Of a stretch of 64,000 nt of DNA, positions 1 through 9,748 are shown in pieces (position 1 is the stretch's first letter; each line of letters opens with the position of its first letter). The stretch lies in NCBI GenBank assembly GCA_944320995.1, contig CALUJQ010000009.1, positions 13,392 to 77,391 on the forward strand, written 5' to 3'. Made by a program: the position numbers and the translations under genes. This DNA comes from an uncultured Barnesiella sp. Lineage in GTDB: Bacteria; Bacteroidota; Bacteroidia; Bacteroidales; Barnesiellaceae. Below the pieces are notes generated by a model, which ran no database searches, had not been told where the DNA came from, and saw only the letters and a list, made by a program, of their open reading frames with translations.

Positions 1-951
1 CTCATGAGGGGTAAATTTATAATCGTTAATGGAGATATTCCCCAAAAACGAGGCTTCCCATTTAGGGGCAAATTTATAGGTTAAATAGGTTTGATAATCA
101 AAAAACGAAGGCTCGTACTCCCCTTTGGTATCGAGCGAACTCAACAACGTGGAGTTGGTTTTATAACGCAAGCCGTGAAGCTGCGAAAACTTCTTGGTAC
201 TCTGCCCCACCGACGCCGAAGCTCCCAGAAAACTGGCCGAAACCGACCCCTCGAATGCCTCGGGGTGCTTGTAGATAATATCGAGCACCGACGACATCTT
301 GTCGCCATACTCGGCCGAGAAGCCGCCCGACGAGAATCCTACGGCTCCCACCATATTGGGATTGATAATACTCAATCCCTCTTGCTGCCCCGACCGTACC
401 GTGAGCGGGCGATAGACCTCTATACCATTGATATAGACGATATTTTCATCGAAATTCCCCCCTCGTACCGAGTATTGCGAACTCAATTCATTGCTCGAAT
501 TGACACCCGCAAAGGTGGTGAGCATCGCCTCGATACTCCCACCCGAAGCATCGGGCATCAATTTCAAATCCTTGGTGTCGATTGTCTGTAATGTACTGGT
601 TTGCCGACGATGAGTCGCCACCACCACCTCGCTCAACATCTTGGAATTTTTGTTCAACCGCACCGATATAGAGACATCTTTCGTAAGGTTGAGCAACTGC
701 CGCTGCTCTTCGCGATACCCCAGACAAGAATAAATTACCACAATCGAGTCGCCCGCCGGAATAGAGAGCTGATACTCGCCCTTCAAGTCGGTCATCGTGC
801 CCATCGTCGTCCCCGCCACACGCACCGTTGCCAGTTCGATGGGCTGGTTGTCGCCGTCATACACACGCCCCGTGAGCTTCACACGCCCCTGCGCGCCAAG
901 CTGCAACACCGCACCTATCGTGATAAAAAGGAGTAATATCTTGTATCTCAT
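1..951 (-). CDS. TonB-dependent receptor (5' part; runs off the window start)
   Basis: Not in the ORF track because it is open at the edge. Manual translation from ATG at 951: MRYKILLLFITIGAVLQLGAQGRVKLTGRVYDGDNQPIELATVRVAGTTMGTMTDLKGEY (signal peptide + CarboxypepD-like domain), then plug-like SQYSVRGGNFDENIVYINGIEVYRP; no stop down to base 1. Confidence 0.9.
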   Translation of the reverse strand, partial: MRYKILLLFITIGAVLQLGAQGRVKLTGRVYDGDNQPIELATVRVAGTTMGTMTDLKGEYQLSIPAGDSIVVIYSCLGYREEQRQLLNLTKDVSISVRLNKNSKMLSEVVVATHRRQTSTLQTIDTKDLKLMPDASGGSIEAMLTTFAGVNSSNELSSQYSVRGGNFDENIVYINGIEVYRPLTVRSGQQEGLSIINPNMVGAVGFSSGGFSAEYGDKMSSVLDIIYKHPEAFEGSVSASFLGASASVGQSTKKFSQLHGLRYKTNSTLLSSLDTKGEYEPSFFDYQTYLTYKFAPKWEASFLGNISINDYKFTPHE

Positions 952-1087
952 CGGGTTCTATACACACGGTATCTTCTTTTGTCGAAGACACATTTATTAA
1001 ACGCAAAAAAGTGCCGTTCAGTATATCACCCGGCCCAAAAGTGTTGAAAAAAGTTTCCACATATTCCCTCAGAAGAATTAGGTTTTG

Positions 1088-1095
1088 TATCTTTG
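1088..1095 (+). promoter_or_regulatory. Bacteroidetes sigma-A -7 box (TATCTTTG) for the nitroreductase operon
   Basis: Matches TAnnTTTG about 30 nt upstream of the ATG at 1125. Confidence 0.7.
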
Positions 1096-1124
1096 CTCAT
1101 GTAAATGACAAAACCATTATCCTT

Positions 1125-1652
1125 ATGAATAGTCTGCACGACCTGTTGATTCATCGGCGAAGCATTCGCAAATATACCGAAGACGCTCTTTCGCTCGACG
1201 CCGTAAAAACAATTCTCGAAGCGGGGTTGCTCGCTCCTTCGTCGAAACGTTGTACCCCATGGGAGTTCATCGCCGTCGAGGACAAAGCTGTGCTTGCCCG
1301 GCTGGCCGAATGCAAAACGGCAGGAGCCAAACCCATCGAGGGCGCAGCTCTGGCCATCGTCGTTACTGCCGACATGACCCGCACCGACACATGGATCGAG
1401 GATGCCTCGATTGCCGCCATACTCATGCAACTACAAGCTGCCGATTTGGGATTGGGAAGTTGCTGGATACAGGTGCGCAACCGTTTCGGGAGCATGGACG
1501 AACCGGCCGAAGACATTGTGCGCGAAATATTGGGAATCCCTGAAACGATGGGAGTCCTCTGCATTCTCTCCATCGGGCACAAAGACGAGGAGCGCAAACC
1601 CTTCGACGAAGAAAAAATGATGTGGGAGAAAGTCCACATCGGCAAATGGTAA
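1125..1652 (+). CDS. Nitroreductase family protein
   Basis: RRSIRKY, APSS..PWEFI and LGLGSCWI motifs; start moved to MNSLHD. Confidence 0.92.
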   Translation: MNSLHDLLIHRRSIRKYTEDALSLDAVKTILEAGLLAPSSKRCTPWEFIAVEDKAVLARLAECKTAGAKPIEGAALAIVVTADMTRTDTWIEDASIAAILMQLQAADLGLGSCWIQVRNRFGSMDEPAEDIVREILGIPETMGVLCILSIGHKDEERKPFDEEKMMWEKVHIGKW

Positions 1653-1666
1653 AGATATAAAACGAC

Positions 1667-2443
1667 ATGAAAATCATTCTCATCGGAGCCGGGAATTTGG
1701 CCACCCGATTGGCCGTGGCGTTACAGGCGAAAGGGCTTGTACCCGCCTGCGTGTTCAGTCGCACCGAGGAGTCGGCCCGACAGTTGAGCGAGCGATTGGG
1801 TCATTGTCCCTATACTACCGACATAGCCCACGTTCCTGCCGACGGCGACCTATATATCTTTGCCATAAAGGATTCGGCTCTGCACGATTTGCTCCCCCGC
1901 ATACCGGCCAACCGGGGATTGTGGGTCCACACCGCAGGCAGTGTCGATAAAGAGATATTCCGCCCCTTCACCAACCGCTACGGAGTACTTTACCCCATGC
2001 AGACATTCAGCAAGGAACGGGAAGTCGATTTCTCCGAAATCCCCGTCTTTATCGAAGCAAACAACCAAAACGATGCCGACCTGTTGCACGACTTAGCGGG
2101 CAAGCTATCGAACAAGGTCTATCGAGCCGACTCGGAGCAACGCAAATACCTCCATTTAGCCGCGGTATTTGCCTGCAACTTCACCAATCACCTTTATACG
2201 TTGTGCGACCGAATCCTTGCCGAACACGGACTCCCGTTCGAATCGATGCTCCCGCTCATTCACGAAACGGCTGCCAAAGTCGCCCAAATGCCCCCCGCAC
2301 AAGCACAAACGGGACCGGCTATCCGATACGACAGAAACATCATAGAGAAACAGGAAGCGCTGCTCTCCGACCCGCTCATGCGAGAAATTTACTCACTGAT
2401 AAGCCGCAGCATTCACAAAACCCATAACCCCAAAAACAATTAA
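1667..2443 (+). CDS. Rossmann-fold/DUF2520-type oxidoreductase-like protein
   Basis: N-terminal IGAGNLA; HTAGS, YPMQTFSK, HLAAVFACNFTNHL and QTGPAIRYD motifs. Confidence 0.88.
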   Translation: MKIILIGAGNLATRLAVALQAKGLVPACVFSRTEESARQLSERLGHCPYTTDIAHVPADGDLYIFAIKDSALHDLLPRIPANRGLWVHTAGSVDKEIFRPFTNRYGVLYPMQTFSKEREVDFSEIPVFIEANNQNDADLLHDLAGKLSNKVYRADSEQRKYLHLAAVFACNFTNHLYTLCDRILAEHGLPFESMLPLIHETAAKVAQMPPAQAQTGPAIRYDRNIIEKQEALLSDPLMREIYSLISRSIHKTHNPKNN

Positions 2444-2446
2444 ATC

Positions 2447-2971
2447 ATGAGCCGAACCGATTTCGATCTCTCCCGAATAAAAGCCTTCGCTTTCGACGTG
2501 GACGGTGTACTTTCGTCCGACGCCATACCGCTCCACCCCTCGGGAGAGCCCATGCGGGTCATCAATATCAAAGACGGATATGCCTTGCAATTGGCCGCCA
2601 AACTGGGCTATCCCGTCGCCATCATTACCGGCGGACGTACCGAAGCCGTGCGCAAACGTTTCGAAGGGCTGGGCCTCTCGCACGTCTATATGGGAGCAGC
2701 CGTCAAAATTAAAGTTTTCGAACAATGGCTCGCCGAGTGTAACCTCCATGCCGACGAAGTGATGTATATGGGAGACGATATTCCCGACTACGAAATCATG
2801 CGGGTAGTCGGCCTGCCTGCATGCCCGGCCGATGCCGCCCCTGAAATCAAACAGATTGCCCGCTACGTCTCGCCCTGTTGCGGCGGACAGGGGTGCGGCC
2901 GCGACATCATCGAGCAGGTACTGCGCGCACAAGGGAAATGGATGGCCGACAAAACAGCCTTCGGGTGGTAA
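2447..2971 (+). CDS. kdsC: KdsC-like HAD phosphatase (KDO 8-phosphate phosphatase family)
   Basis: [33 protein letters not shown] motifs. Confidence 0.88.
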   Translation: MSRTDFDLSRIKAFAFDVDGVLSSDAIPLHPSGEPMRVINIKDGYALQLAAKLGYPVAIITGGRTEAVRKRFEGLGLSHVYMGAAVKIKVFEQWLAECNLHADEVMYMGDDIPDYEIMRVVGLPACPADAAPEIKQIARYVSPCCGGQGCGRDIIEQVLRAQGKWMADKTAFGW

Positions 2972-2989
2972 ATCTTTAAAAATAAAATC

Positions 2990-3571
2990 ATGCTATCGCA
3001 CCTCGACAAATACGAAATCTTATTGGCCAGCAACTCGCCGCGCCGCCGCGAACTGCTCGCAGGGCTGGGCATCGAATACCGTGTAACGGCTCTGCCCGAA
3101 GTGGACGAATCATATCCCCCCACCCTCTCGGGCGAGGAGATTCCGCTCTATATCTCGCAAGAAAAGGCTGCCGCCTACCGCGACCAAATGAAGGAGAACA
3201 CCCTGCTCATCACCGCCGACACCATCGTTTGGCTCGACGGTAAAGTCTATGGAAAGCCACACGACACGGCCGATGCCAAAACCATGCTGCGGGCGCTGTC
3301 GGGCAAGACACATACCGTCATCACCGGCGTCACTCTCACAACCCTGCAAAAACAGACCTCCTTCACCGTCTCGACCGAAGTTACCTTTGCCTCCCTCGAC
3401 GACGACGAAATCGACTACTATGCCGATACCTACCATCCGCTCGACAAAGCCGGTGCCTACGGCGTACAGGAATGGATTGGCTACATCGGGGTAACCGGGC
3501 TGCACGGTAGTTACTACAACGTGATGGGGCTTCCTATCCAACGGCTTTATACCGAATTGAAGAAATTTTAA
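2990..3571 (+). CDS. maf: Maf family nucleoside triphosphate pyrophosphatase
   Basis: LASNSPRRRELL, ITADTIV, GKP, DKAGAYGVQ, NVMGLP motifs. Confidence 0.95.
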   Translation: MLSHLDKYEILLASNSPRRRELLAGLGIEYRVTALPEVDESYPPTLSGEEIPLYISQEKAAAYRDQMKENTLLITADTIVWLDGKVYGKPHDTADAKTMLRALSGKTHTVITGVTLTTLQKQTSFTVSTEVTFASLDDDEIDYYADTYHPLDKAGAYGVQEWIGYIGVTGLHGSYYNVMGLPIQRLYTELKKF

Positions 3572-3639
3572 ACCTCCTCCCGAACATGTGAAAGGAGAGG
3601 CTGTTTCTATCTTTTTATTTTCAAAAAACAAAACTATCG

Positions 3640-4824
3640 GTGAACCTATACCTCTTCAATCCCGAGAACGATTTGGCCGTAGCTTTCGGCGGGATAAACT
3701 ATACCCCGCCTCCGGCGGCACAACGCATCGGGAGAGAACTGGCAATCCTTCCCCTTTGGTATGCCGACAATAGCGCACAGAGCACCATTGTCACGCCCGA
3801 CGAATTGCCAGCCGATTTTCTCCATGCGATCGAGCCATTGGGGTTGGAGGCAAATGCCATTACCCTCCGGGAACTCGACGGCCCGACAGTCAAACAGGTG
3901 CATGTGTGGGGGTGGAATCACGATTTGGCCAAGCGGTTGCGGTCGATGGGTATCGACGAAAACTTACTCCCCTCCTCACTCCAGTGCGACACGCTGCGCC
4001 GGCTCTCCCACCGTCGGTTCGCCGCCGAAGCAGGACGATTCCTGTGCGAACAAATCGACTACCCTTTTCCTCAACCGCCGGTGGAACTACATACTCCCGA
4101 CGAGGTGAAAGCATTCACCGAACAGAGCGAACGCAAAGTCCTGAAAGCTCCGTGGTCGGGTAGCGGACGAGGGTTATACTGGAATCTCTACGGATACGAT
4201 ACCGCCCTCGCCCAATGGAGCAATGGAGTATTGCAAAAACAGGGCGTATTGATGGGCGAACCGGTGTACGACAAAACAGCCGACTGGGCCATGGAATTTT
4301 TCAGCGACGGCACACAGGTAACCTTTGCGGGATATTCATCGTTTCTCACCGACAGCCACGGCGCCTATAAAGAGAACCGACTGGCCGGCAACGACATTTT
4401 GGAACAAGAATTGGCCACCGCCGTAGGAATGGAGATTGTAACGGCCGTAAAACAATCGCTCATCAAATTCCTCACCATACACGTCGCACCGCATTACACC
4501 GGCTACTTCGGCATAGATATGATGACTTACCGCAATCCGCAAGGAACTGTACTACTACACCCCTTTGTAGAAATAAACCTCCGTATGAATATGGGTATGG
4601 TGGCCCGCTGTATCGCCGACCGTTTTTTAGTACCGGATAGAAAGGGGATCTATCGGGTAGATTACTTTCCCAAAACGGGAGAACTCTACAGCGACCACAT
4701 GACCCGGCAAACCCAATATCCCATACAAATCAGCAACGGGAAATTTGAGTCGGGATATTTCGCTCTCACACCGGTATTTCCCCACAGCCGATACCGGGCT
4801 AGTATCCAAATCGAGGAGTCTTAA
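3640..4824 (+). CDS. Conserved hypothetical protein with ATP-grasp-like motifs
   Basis: 394 aa; VLKAPWSGSGRG, GEPVYDK, GYFGIDMM and VEINLRMNMG resemble ATP-grasp nucleotide/metal motifs. Confidence 0.75.
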   Translation: MNLYLFNPENDLAVAFGGINYTPPPAAQRIGRELAILPLWYADNSAQSTIVTPDELPADFLHAIEPLGLEANAITLRELDGPTVKQVHVWGWNHDLAKRLRSMGIDENLLPSSLQCDTLRRLSHRRFAAEAGRFLCEQIDYPFPQPPVELHTPDEVKAFTEQSERKVLKAPWSGSGRGLYWNLYGYDTALAQWSNGVLQKQGVLMGEPVYDKTADWAMEFFSDGTQVTFAGYSSFLTDSHGAYKENRLAGNDILEQELATAVGMEIVTAVKQSLIKFLTIHVAPHYTGYFGIDMMTYRNPQGTVLLHPFVEINLRMNMGMVARCIADRFLVPDRKGIYRVDYFPKTGELYSDHMTRQTQYPIQISNGKFESGYFALTPVFPHSRYRASIQIEES

Positions 4825-4928
4825 AAGCGAAAAGAACCGAGGGAAAAGTTATACAGGGAGCGAGGAACAAACCGTAAATTACGGTCAATCAGTAATTTAT
4901 ATATCAACAGTCCAATCCGTACAGGCAC

Positions 4929-5002
4929 AAAAAAAAATTGATTGTCTCGCGACAACCAATCTTTGTTAACCTTAATCTTAATCTAATACTATGAAAAACA
5001 CA
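4929..5002 (-). ncRNA. Putative Bacteroidales paralogous-family small RNA
   Basis: Minus-strand -7 box TACATTTG (5013-5006), then GTGTGTTTTTCATAGTATTAGATTAAGATTAAGGTTAAC, then hairpin ATTGGTTGTC-GCGA-GACAATCAAT plus a U-run ending near 4929. Self-contained unit of about 75 nt. Confidence 0.65.
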
Positions 5003-5179
5003 CGACAAATGTACTGCTTTTTCTGTTATACAACATAATTTTCAAGCATATTTCATACAGTTTTAATATTATTTAATACAGTTAGGCCATTTATCCCGTT
5101 TTTTTATTCCTATCCATTTTATTTCTCACCCCTTTCGAAAGTAATTTCCTTTCCACAGGTTTGTATTATCTTTGCAGCC

Positions 5180-6514
5180 ATGAAAGAATCCTCACCACTC
5201 ATCGAAAAGGCTTGCTGCAACTTGAACATCGACTCGCTCAACGGCATGCAAAAACAGATGCTCGAAACGGACCAACGCCCCAACGACATCATTCTGCTCT
5301 CACCCACGGGTTCGGGAAAGACCTTGGCATTTCTCCTGCCCGTACTGCAACGCATCGATCCCAAAGCGGCCGGCGTACAGGCGCTCATCGTCGTTCCCTC
5401 CCGGGAACTCGCCTTACAAATCGACAGCGTATTGCGCAAGATTGCCGCCGGAATAAAAATCGTTTGCTGCTACGGCGGCCACCCGGTGCGCGAAGAGAGC
5501 AAGTCGCTGGCCGTGGCTCCTGCCCTTATCGTGGGGACTCCCGGCCGCATTGCCGACCACCTGCGTCGGGGACAAATCGTCCTCGACTCGCTCGATACGC
5601 TCGTCCTCGACGAGTTTGACAAGTGCCTCGCACTGGGATTTCAAGATGAAATGAAAGAGATTGTCGCACCGTTGCAACAAGTGCGGAAAAAGATACTTAC
5701 CTCGGCTACCGACAGTGATACTCTACCCGCCTTCACCGCATTGAGGGAACCGGTAAAACTCAATTTTTTAGGACTGAAAAGTGCCGAAGAGACTACCTCC
5801 GAAAGGCTGTCGCTCTACCGCATAAACGCCCCGATAAAAGATAAACTCGACACATTACTCTCCCTTTTGCGTAACCTCAAACCGGGGCTGGCGCTTATCT
5901 TCTGCAACCAACGCGAAAGCGTGGAACGGGTACAACAATTTCTCACCGACCAAGGTATCATCGCCGAGGCTTTCCATGGCGGCATGGAACAACCCGACCG
6001 GGAACGGGCGCTTTGTAAATTCCGCAACCACAGCAGCTATATCTGCGTCTCTACCGACCTTGCGGCCCGAGGGCTCGACATTCCCGAGGTAAAATACATT
6101 ATCCATTACCACCTGCCCGTAGATGTCGAAAGTTTCACCCACCGCAACGGCCGCACGGCCCGTATGCATGCCGAGGGGGAGGCTTTCATCATACTGGGGC
6201 CCTCCGAAACCCTACCTGAATACGCGGCAAATGCCACCGATTTCCAACTCGATCCCAAAGCCGATCTCCTGCAAATCCCACCCATGGCTACCCTGCACTT
6301 CGCCGCCGGCAAGAAAGAGAAAATAAACAAAGGCGACATCGTAGGGTTTCTTACTCAAAAAGGGGAACTTACCGCCGATGAAATAGGTCTTATCGAAATA
6401 AAAGACCATTACAGCTATGTCGCCATACGGCGTGACAAAACTCATGCGACACTTCGTCGCCTCAAAGAGGAAAAGATAAAAGGGAAAAAGGTTAAAATCT
6501 CGTTCAGTTACTGA
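5180..6514 (+). CDS. DEAD/DEAH-box RNA helicase with DbpA-type C-terminal RNA-binding domain
   Basis: SPTGSGKT, PSRELA, GTPGRI, DEFD, SAT, ARGLDI and HRNGRTAR; C-terminal GKKEKINKGDIVGFL. -7 box TATCTTTG at 5167-5174. Confidence 0.95.
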   Translation: MKESSPLIEKACCNLNIDSLNGMQKQMLETDQRPNDIILLSPTGSGKTLAFLLPVLQRIDPKAAGVQALIVVPSRELALQIDSVLRKIAAGIKIVCCYGGHPVREESKSLAVAPALIVGTPGRIADHLRRGQIVLDSLDTLVLDEFDKCLALGFQDEMKEIVAPLQQVRKKILTSATDSDTLPAFTALREPVKLNFLGLKSAEETTSERLSLYRINAPIKDKLDTLLSLLRNLKPGLALIFCNQRESVERVQQFLTDQGIIAEAFHGGMEQPDRERALCKFRNHSSYICVSTDLAARGLDIPEVKYIIHYHLPVDVESFTHRNGRTARMHAEGEAFIILGPSETLPEYAANATDFQLDPKADLLQIPPMATLHFAAGKKEKINKGDIVGFLTQKGELTADEIGLIEIKDHYSYVAIRRDKTHATLRRLKEEKIKGKKVKISFSY

Positions 6515-7194
6515 TTCTCCTCGACCATGCGTTCAAAAGCCTTCCACAGGTTATCTTCGGGTACGGGAGCCGTCACGCTGATCGACTCTTTCGAAACAGG
6601 GTGGATAAACTCGACATGACGGGCGTGCAGCGAAATACCCCCGTCGGGGTTGGAACGCTCGGCCCCATATTTCAAATCGCCTTTGATAGGCGAACCTATC
6701 TTGGCGAGTTGGCAACGGATTTGGTGGTGACGGCCCGTCTTCAGATCGACCTCCAACAAGGTATAGCGGTCGCTTCGTGCCAACACCCGATAATCGAGGA
6801 CCGCCCGTTTCGCTCCCGGTTTCTCCCGGTCATAGGCCATCGACTTATTACTCTTCTCGTTCCGCACCAAATAGTGTACCAATTCGGCACTCTCCTGCTC
6901 GGGTGCATGCTTCACAATAGCCCAATACTGCTTCTTTACCTCGCCGTTGCGAAACATATCGTTGAGCCGCGCCAGCGCCTTGCTCGTTTTGGCAAAGACC
7001 ACCAAACCGCTCACGGGTCGGTCGAGGCGGTGAGTCACTCCCACAAATACATTCCCGGGCTTGTTGTATTTCTCTTTCAACCACGCTTTCAACGTCTCGC
7101 TCAATGGCGTGTCACCGGTCTTGTCGCCCTGCACAATCTCGGAACAAGTCTTGTTCACGATAATCAAATGATTGTCTTCGTAGAGTACCTCCAT
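6508..7194 (-). CDS. RluA family pseudouridine synthase
   Basis: HRLDRPVSG catalytic motif; LKTGRHHQIRCQL; GDLKYG. Confidence 0.95.
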   Translation of the reverse strand: MEVLYEDNHLIIVNKTCSEIVQGDKTGDTPLSETLKAWLKEKYNKPGNVFVGVTHRLDRPVSGLVVFAKTSKALARLNDMFRNGEVKKQYWAIVKHAPEQESAELVHYLVRNEKSNKSMAYDREKPGAKRAVLDYRVLARSDRYTLLEVDLKTGRHHQIRCQLAKIGSPIKGDLKYGAERSNPDGGISLHARHVEFIHPVSKESISVTAPVPEDNLWKAFERMVEENQ

Positions 7195-7433
7195 AGTTCA
7201 CCCTGCTTTTTATTCGAGGCCAAAGATACAACATATCCCCCAAGCATGCAACCCGACAAAGGGAAGCAATGTAATACTTCAATTTTCAAGGAAGAAATAT
7301 ACTTAATTAGTAACATTATTAAAAATTCACAACACCCACTGTGGTATCTAAATAAAACTTACTTTTGCATCGAATTTTTGTAACGGGACCCGGAGTTTTT
7401 ACGTCTCTATAAGAAAACGATAGACAATACACA

Positions 7434-9614
7434 ATGAAACAGTTCCTCTCGGCCATACCGCTTGCGGTGGCTTCCTCTTTCTCGTGCACACTCGGTGCAT
7501 CGCCCGGCTATTCAACCGATTCCGTCGCCATAACTTATACCGACACAACCGGACTCAATGTTGACTCCATCGAAAGTTCTTTGAAACAAGTCAACCTCGA
7601 CGAGGTGACGGTCGAGGCTTCGTCGTGGATACAAAAGGCCGACCGCAACCTGCTCTATCCCAATGCCCAACAAATAAAACAGTCGAGTAACGGTTTGCAG
7701 TTGTTACAAAAATTGCAGATTCCCGGTGTAATCGTGAGCCCTACCGACAACAGCATCGCCCTCGCCGACAAAAGCGAGGTGAGTCTGCGCATCAACGGCC
7801 GCCCCGCCGACAACAAGGAAATTCAAGCTCTCTCGCCCGAGCAGGTCATACGTGTCGAATATATCGACAATCCGGGTGTGCGCTACGGCGAAGTAGGTGC
7901 CGTAATCGATTTTATCGTCAAGAACCCTACCTCAGGAGGCAGTTTCATGGGCGACCTCACCCAGAGTGTCAACCGGGGATTCGGTGAATACTGGTTGGCC
8001 GCCAAGGTCAACAGCGGCAAGTCGGAATTCTCCTACTCGGGCTGGGCCTCGCCCCGTTGGAATATGAAGATGCAGCGCGACAATACCGAGCACTACGAAC
8101 TGCCCGACGGTACCCGCTACACCCGCACCGAAGAAAGTCTCGACGGGAGTCATTTCGAGCAATGGAACAACGGACATTCGCTCAACTACAACTACCTCGA
8201 CCCTCAAAAGCAGATGTTCAACGCCTCGCTCAAATTCTATTACGATCAACAAGAGAATCTCTTTCGAGGTATCCTCACCGACCACTCTCCCGGCGGCAAG
8301 ACCAACCTCATGCTCGACGACTCGAAAAATCACCGCATTAGCCCCTCGCTCAACCTTTACTATCAATACAACTTCGACGAAGACCAACTGCTCATGGCCA
8401 ACGTCGTGACCAGCTACGAGCAACCCAACAGCCACCGTATCTATACCGAGGACGAACTTATTTATACCGACGACTTTGCCACGACTGGCGAATCGCTCGT
8501 CGGCATCGACAACCTCATCAAAAGCCGCACCTACTCGATACTGGGCGAGGTCGATTATGAAAAAAGATGGAAAAACAGCCGCGTTACCGCCGGAATACGC
8601 CACACCCAGTCGTGGATTGAAAATAACTATTCAGAGCAAGGTATCATCGACCGTATGAACCATGGCAACAGCTATATTTTCGGGGAATACTGGATACGGA
8701 CCGGCAAGCACTTCGACTTTTCGGCGGGTATCGGGTACAGCCTCTACTCTTATATACCTCGCGATCGCGAATCGCACACCTATTCCATTTGGCGACCCCG
8801 TTTCACAGCCCGATACACTATCGACGACTATTCGTCGTTACGGTTCAATTTCGTGCGCATGGGCTGCGTCATCAGCCTCGACATGCTCAGTCCCGTAGTG
8901 CAGGACGTTGACGGCACACAGCAATCGACGGGTAATCCCGATGTCAAGCCCTATGCAACCTACAAATACGACTTGCAATACCAATATAACCGTGGCATCT
9001 TCTACGGCAAACTGGGAGCCCTTTATACCCATGCCCCCGGTGCCATCATGCCCGAGAAGGTGTGGGTGGGTAACAAAATCCTCACCCGGTACAACAACCA
9101 GAAGAATGCCGAGGAACTGCGCTTCTACCTCGATGCCCAAGTGACGGCCATACCCGACTGGCTCACCCTCAGTGCCGGCCCTGCTTGGCATCGCTACTGG
9201 ATGCGGGGTAACAACTACACCCATACTTACAACAATTTCTACTGTTACGCCACTTTCGAACTGTCGCACTGGGACTTTTCGCTCGAAGGCATGCTCCAGA
9301 CCAACTTCAACCGGTTTTGGGGCGAGACGCTCGAAGGCGGTGAGAATGTACACACCCTCAAACTCTCTTACAACTACAAAGACTGGAATTTCGGGGTAAT
9401 GGTACTCGATCCCTTTATCAACGACTATAAAGTGAAAAGCGAAAACCGAAACCGCTATGCCGGATACCAGCAGGTAATGACCTCAAACATGATCAAACAG
9501 ATGATTGCCGTCAGCGTGAGCTGGAACCTCAACTGGGGTCGCCGATACGAGGCTGGCGAACAGCGCATCAACAACGTGATAGGCGGCGGAGGAGTCAATG
9601 CCGCCGGGAAATAA
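7434..9614 (+). CDS. Outer-membrane beta-barrel / TonB-receptor-like protein
   Basis: Signal-like N-terminus, VNLDEVTVEA, plug-like RINGR..VIRVEYIDNPGVRY, GNPDVKP, aromatic beta-strand pattern, C-terminal VSVSWNLNWG. Confidence 0.82.
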   Translation: MKQFLSAIPLAVASSFSCTLGASPGYSTDSVAITYTDTTGLNVDSIESSLKQVNLDEVTVEASSWIQKADRNLLYPNAQQIKQSSNGLQLLQKLQIPGVIVSPTDNSIALADKSEVSLRINGRPADNKEIQALSPEQVIRVEYIDNPGVRYGEVGAVIDFIVKNPTSGGSFMGDLTQSVNRGFGEYWLAAKVNSGKSEFSYSGWASPRWNMKMQRDNTEHYELPDGTRYTRTEESLDGSHFEQWNNGHSLNYNYLDPQKQMFNASLKFYYDQQENLFRGILTDHSPGGKTNLMLDDSKNHRISPSLNLYYQYNFDEDQLLMANVVTSYEQPNSHRIYTEDELIYTDDFATTGESLVGIDNLIKSRTYSILGEVDYEKRWKNSRVTAGIRHTQSWIENNYSEQGIIDRMNHGNSYIFGEYWIRTGKHFDFSAGIGYSLYSYIPRDRESHTYSIWRPRFTARYTIDDYSSLRFNFVRMGCVISLDMLSPVVQDVDGTQQSTGNPDVKPYATYKYDLQYQYNRGIFYGKLGALYTHAPGAIMPEKVWVGNKILTRYNNQKNAEELRFYLDAQVTAIPDWLTLSAGPAWHRYWMRGNNYTHTYNNFYCYATFELSHWDFSLEGMLQTNFNRFWGETLEGGENVHTLKLSYNYKDWNFGVMVLDPFINDYKVKSENRNRYAGYQQVMTSNMIKQMIAVSVSWNLNWGRRYEAGEQRINNVIGGGGVNAAGK

Positions 9615-9687
9615 GCCCGGCCGCGAACTTCATTTGCCGCCGGCACGACTGTACACCCATCCGGCACTACGCCACAAAAAAAACAAA

Positions 9688-9722
9688 ACGGGGCTGCATC
9701 GTACATTACGACACAGCCCCGT
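9688..9722. terminator. Palindromic hairpin between convergent genes (GGGGCTG...CAGCCCC); related copy at 54580-54611
   Basis: ACGGGGCTGCATCGTACATTACGACACAGCCCCGT, preceded by an A-run. Confidence 0.65.
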
Positions 9723-9748
9723 CTCTTTGTATGACAAATGTTTCTCGA

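Noticed and set aside
91-936. Plus-strand ORFs 91..591 and 601..936
   Set aside because: Antisense shadows of the minus-strand TonB receptor gene, which the track missed because it is open at the window edge.
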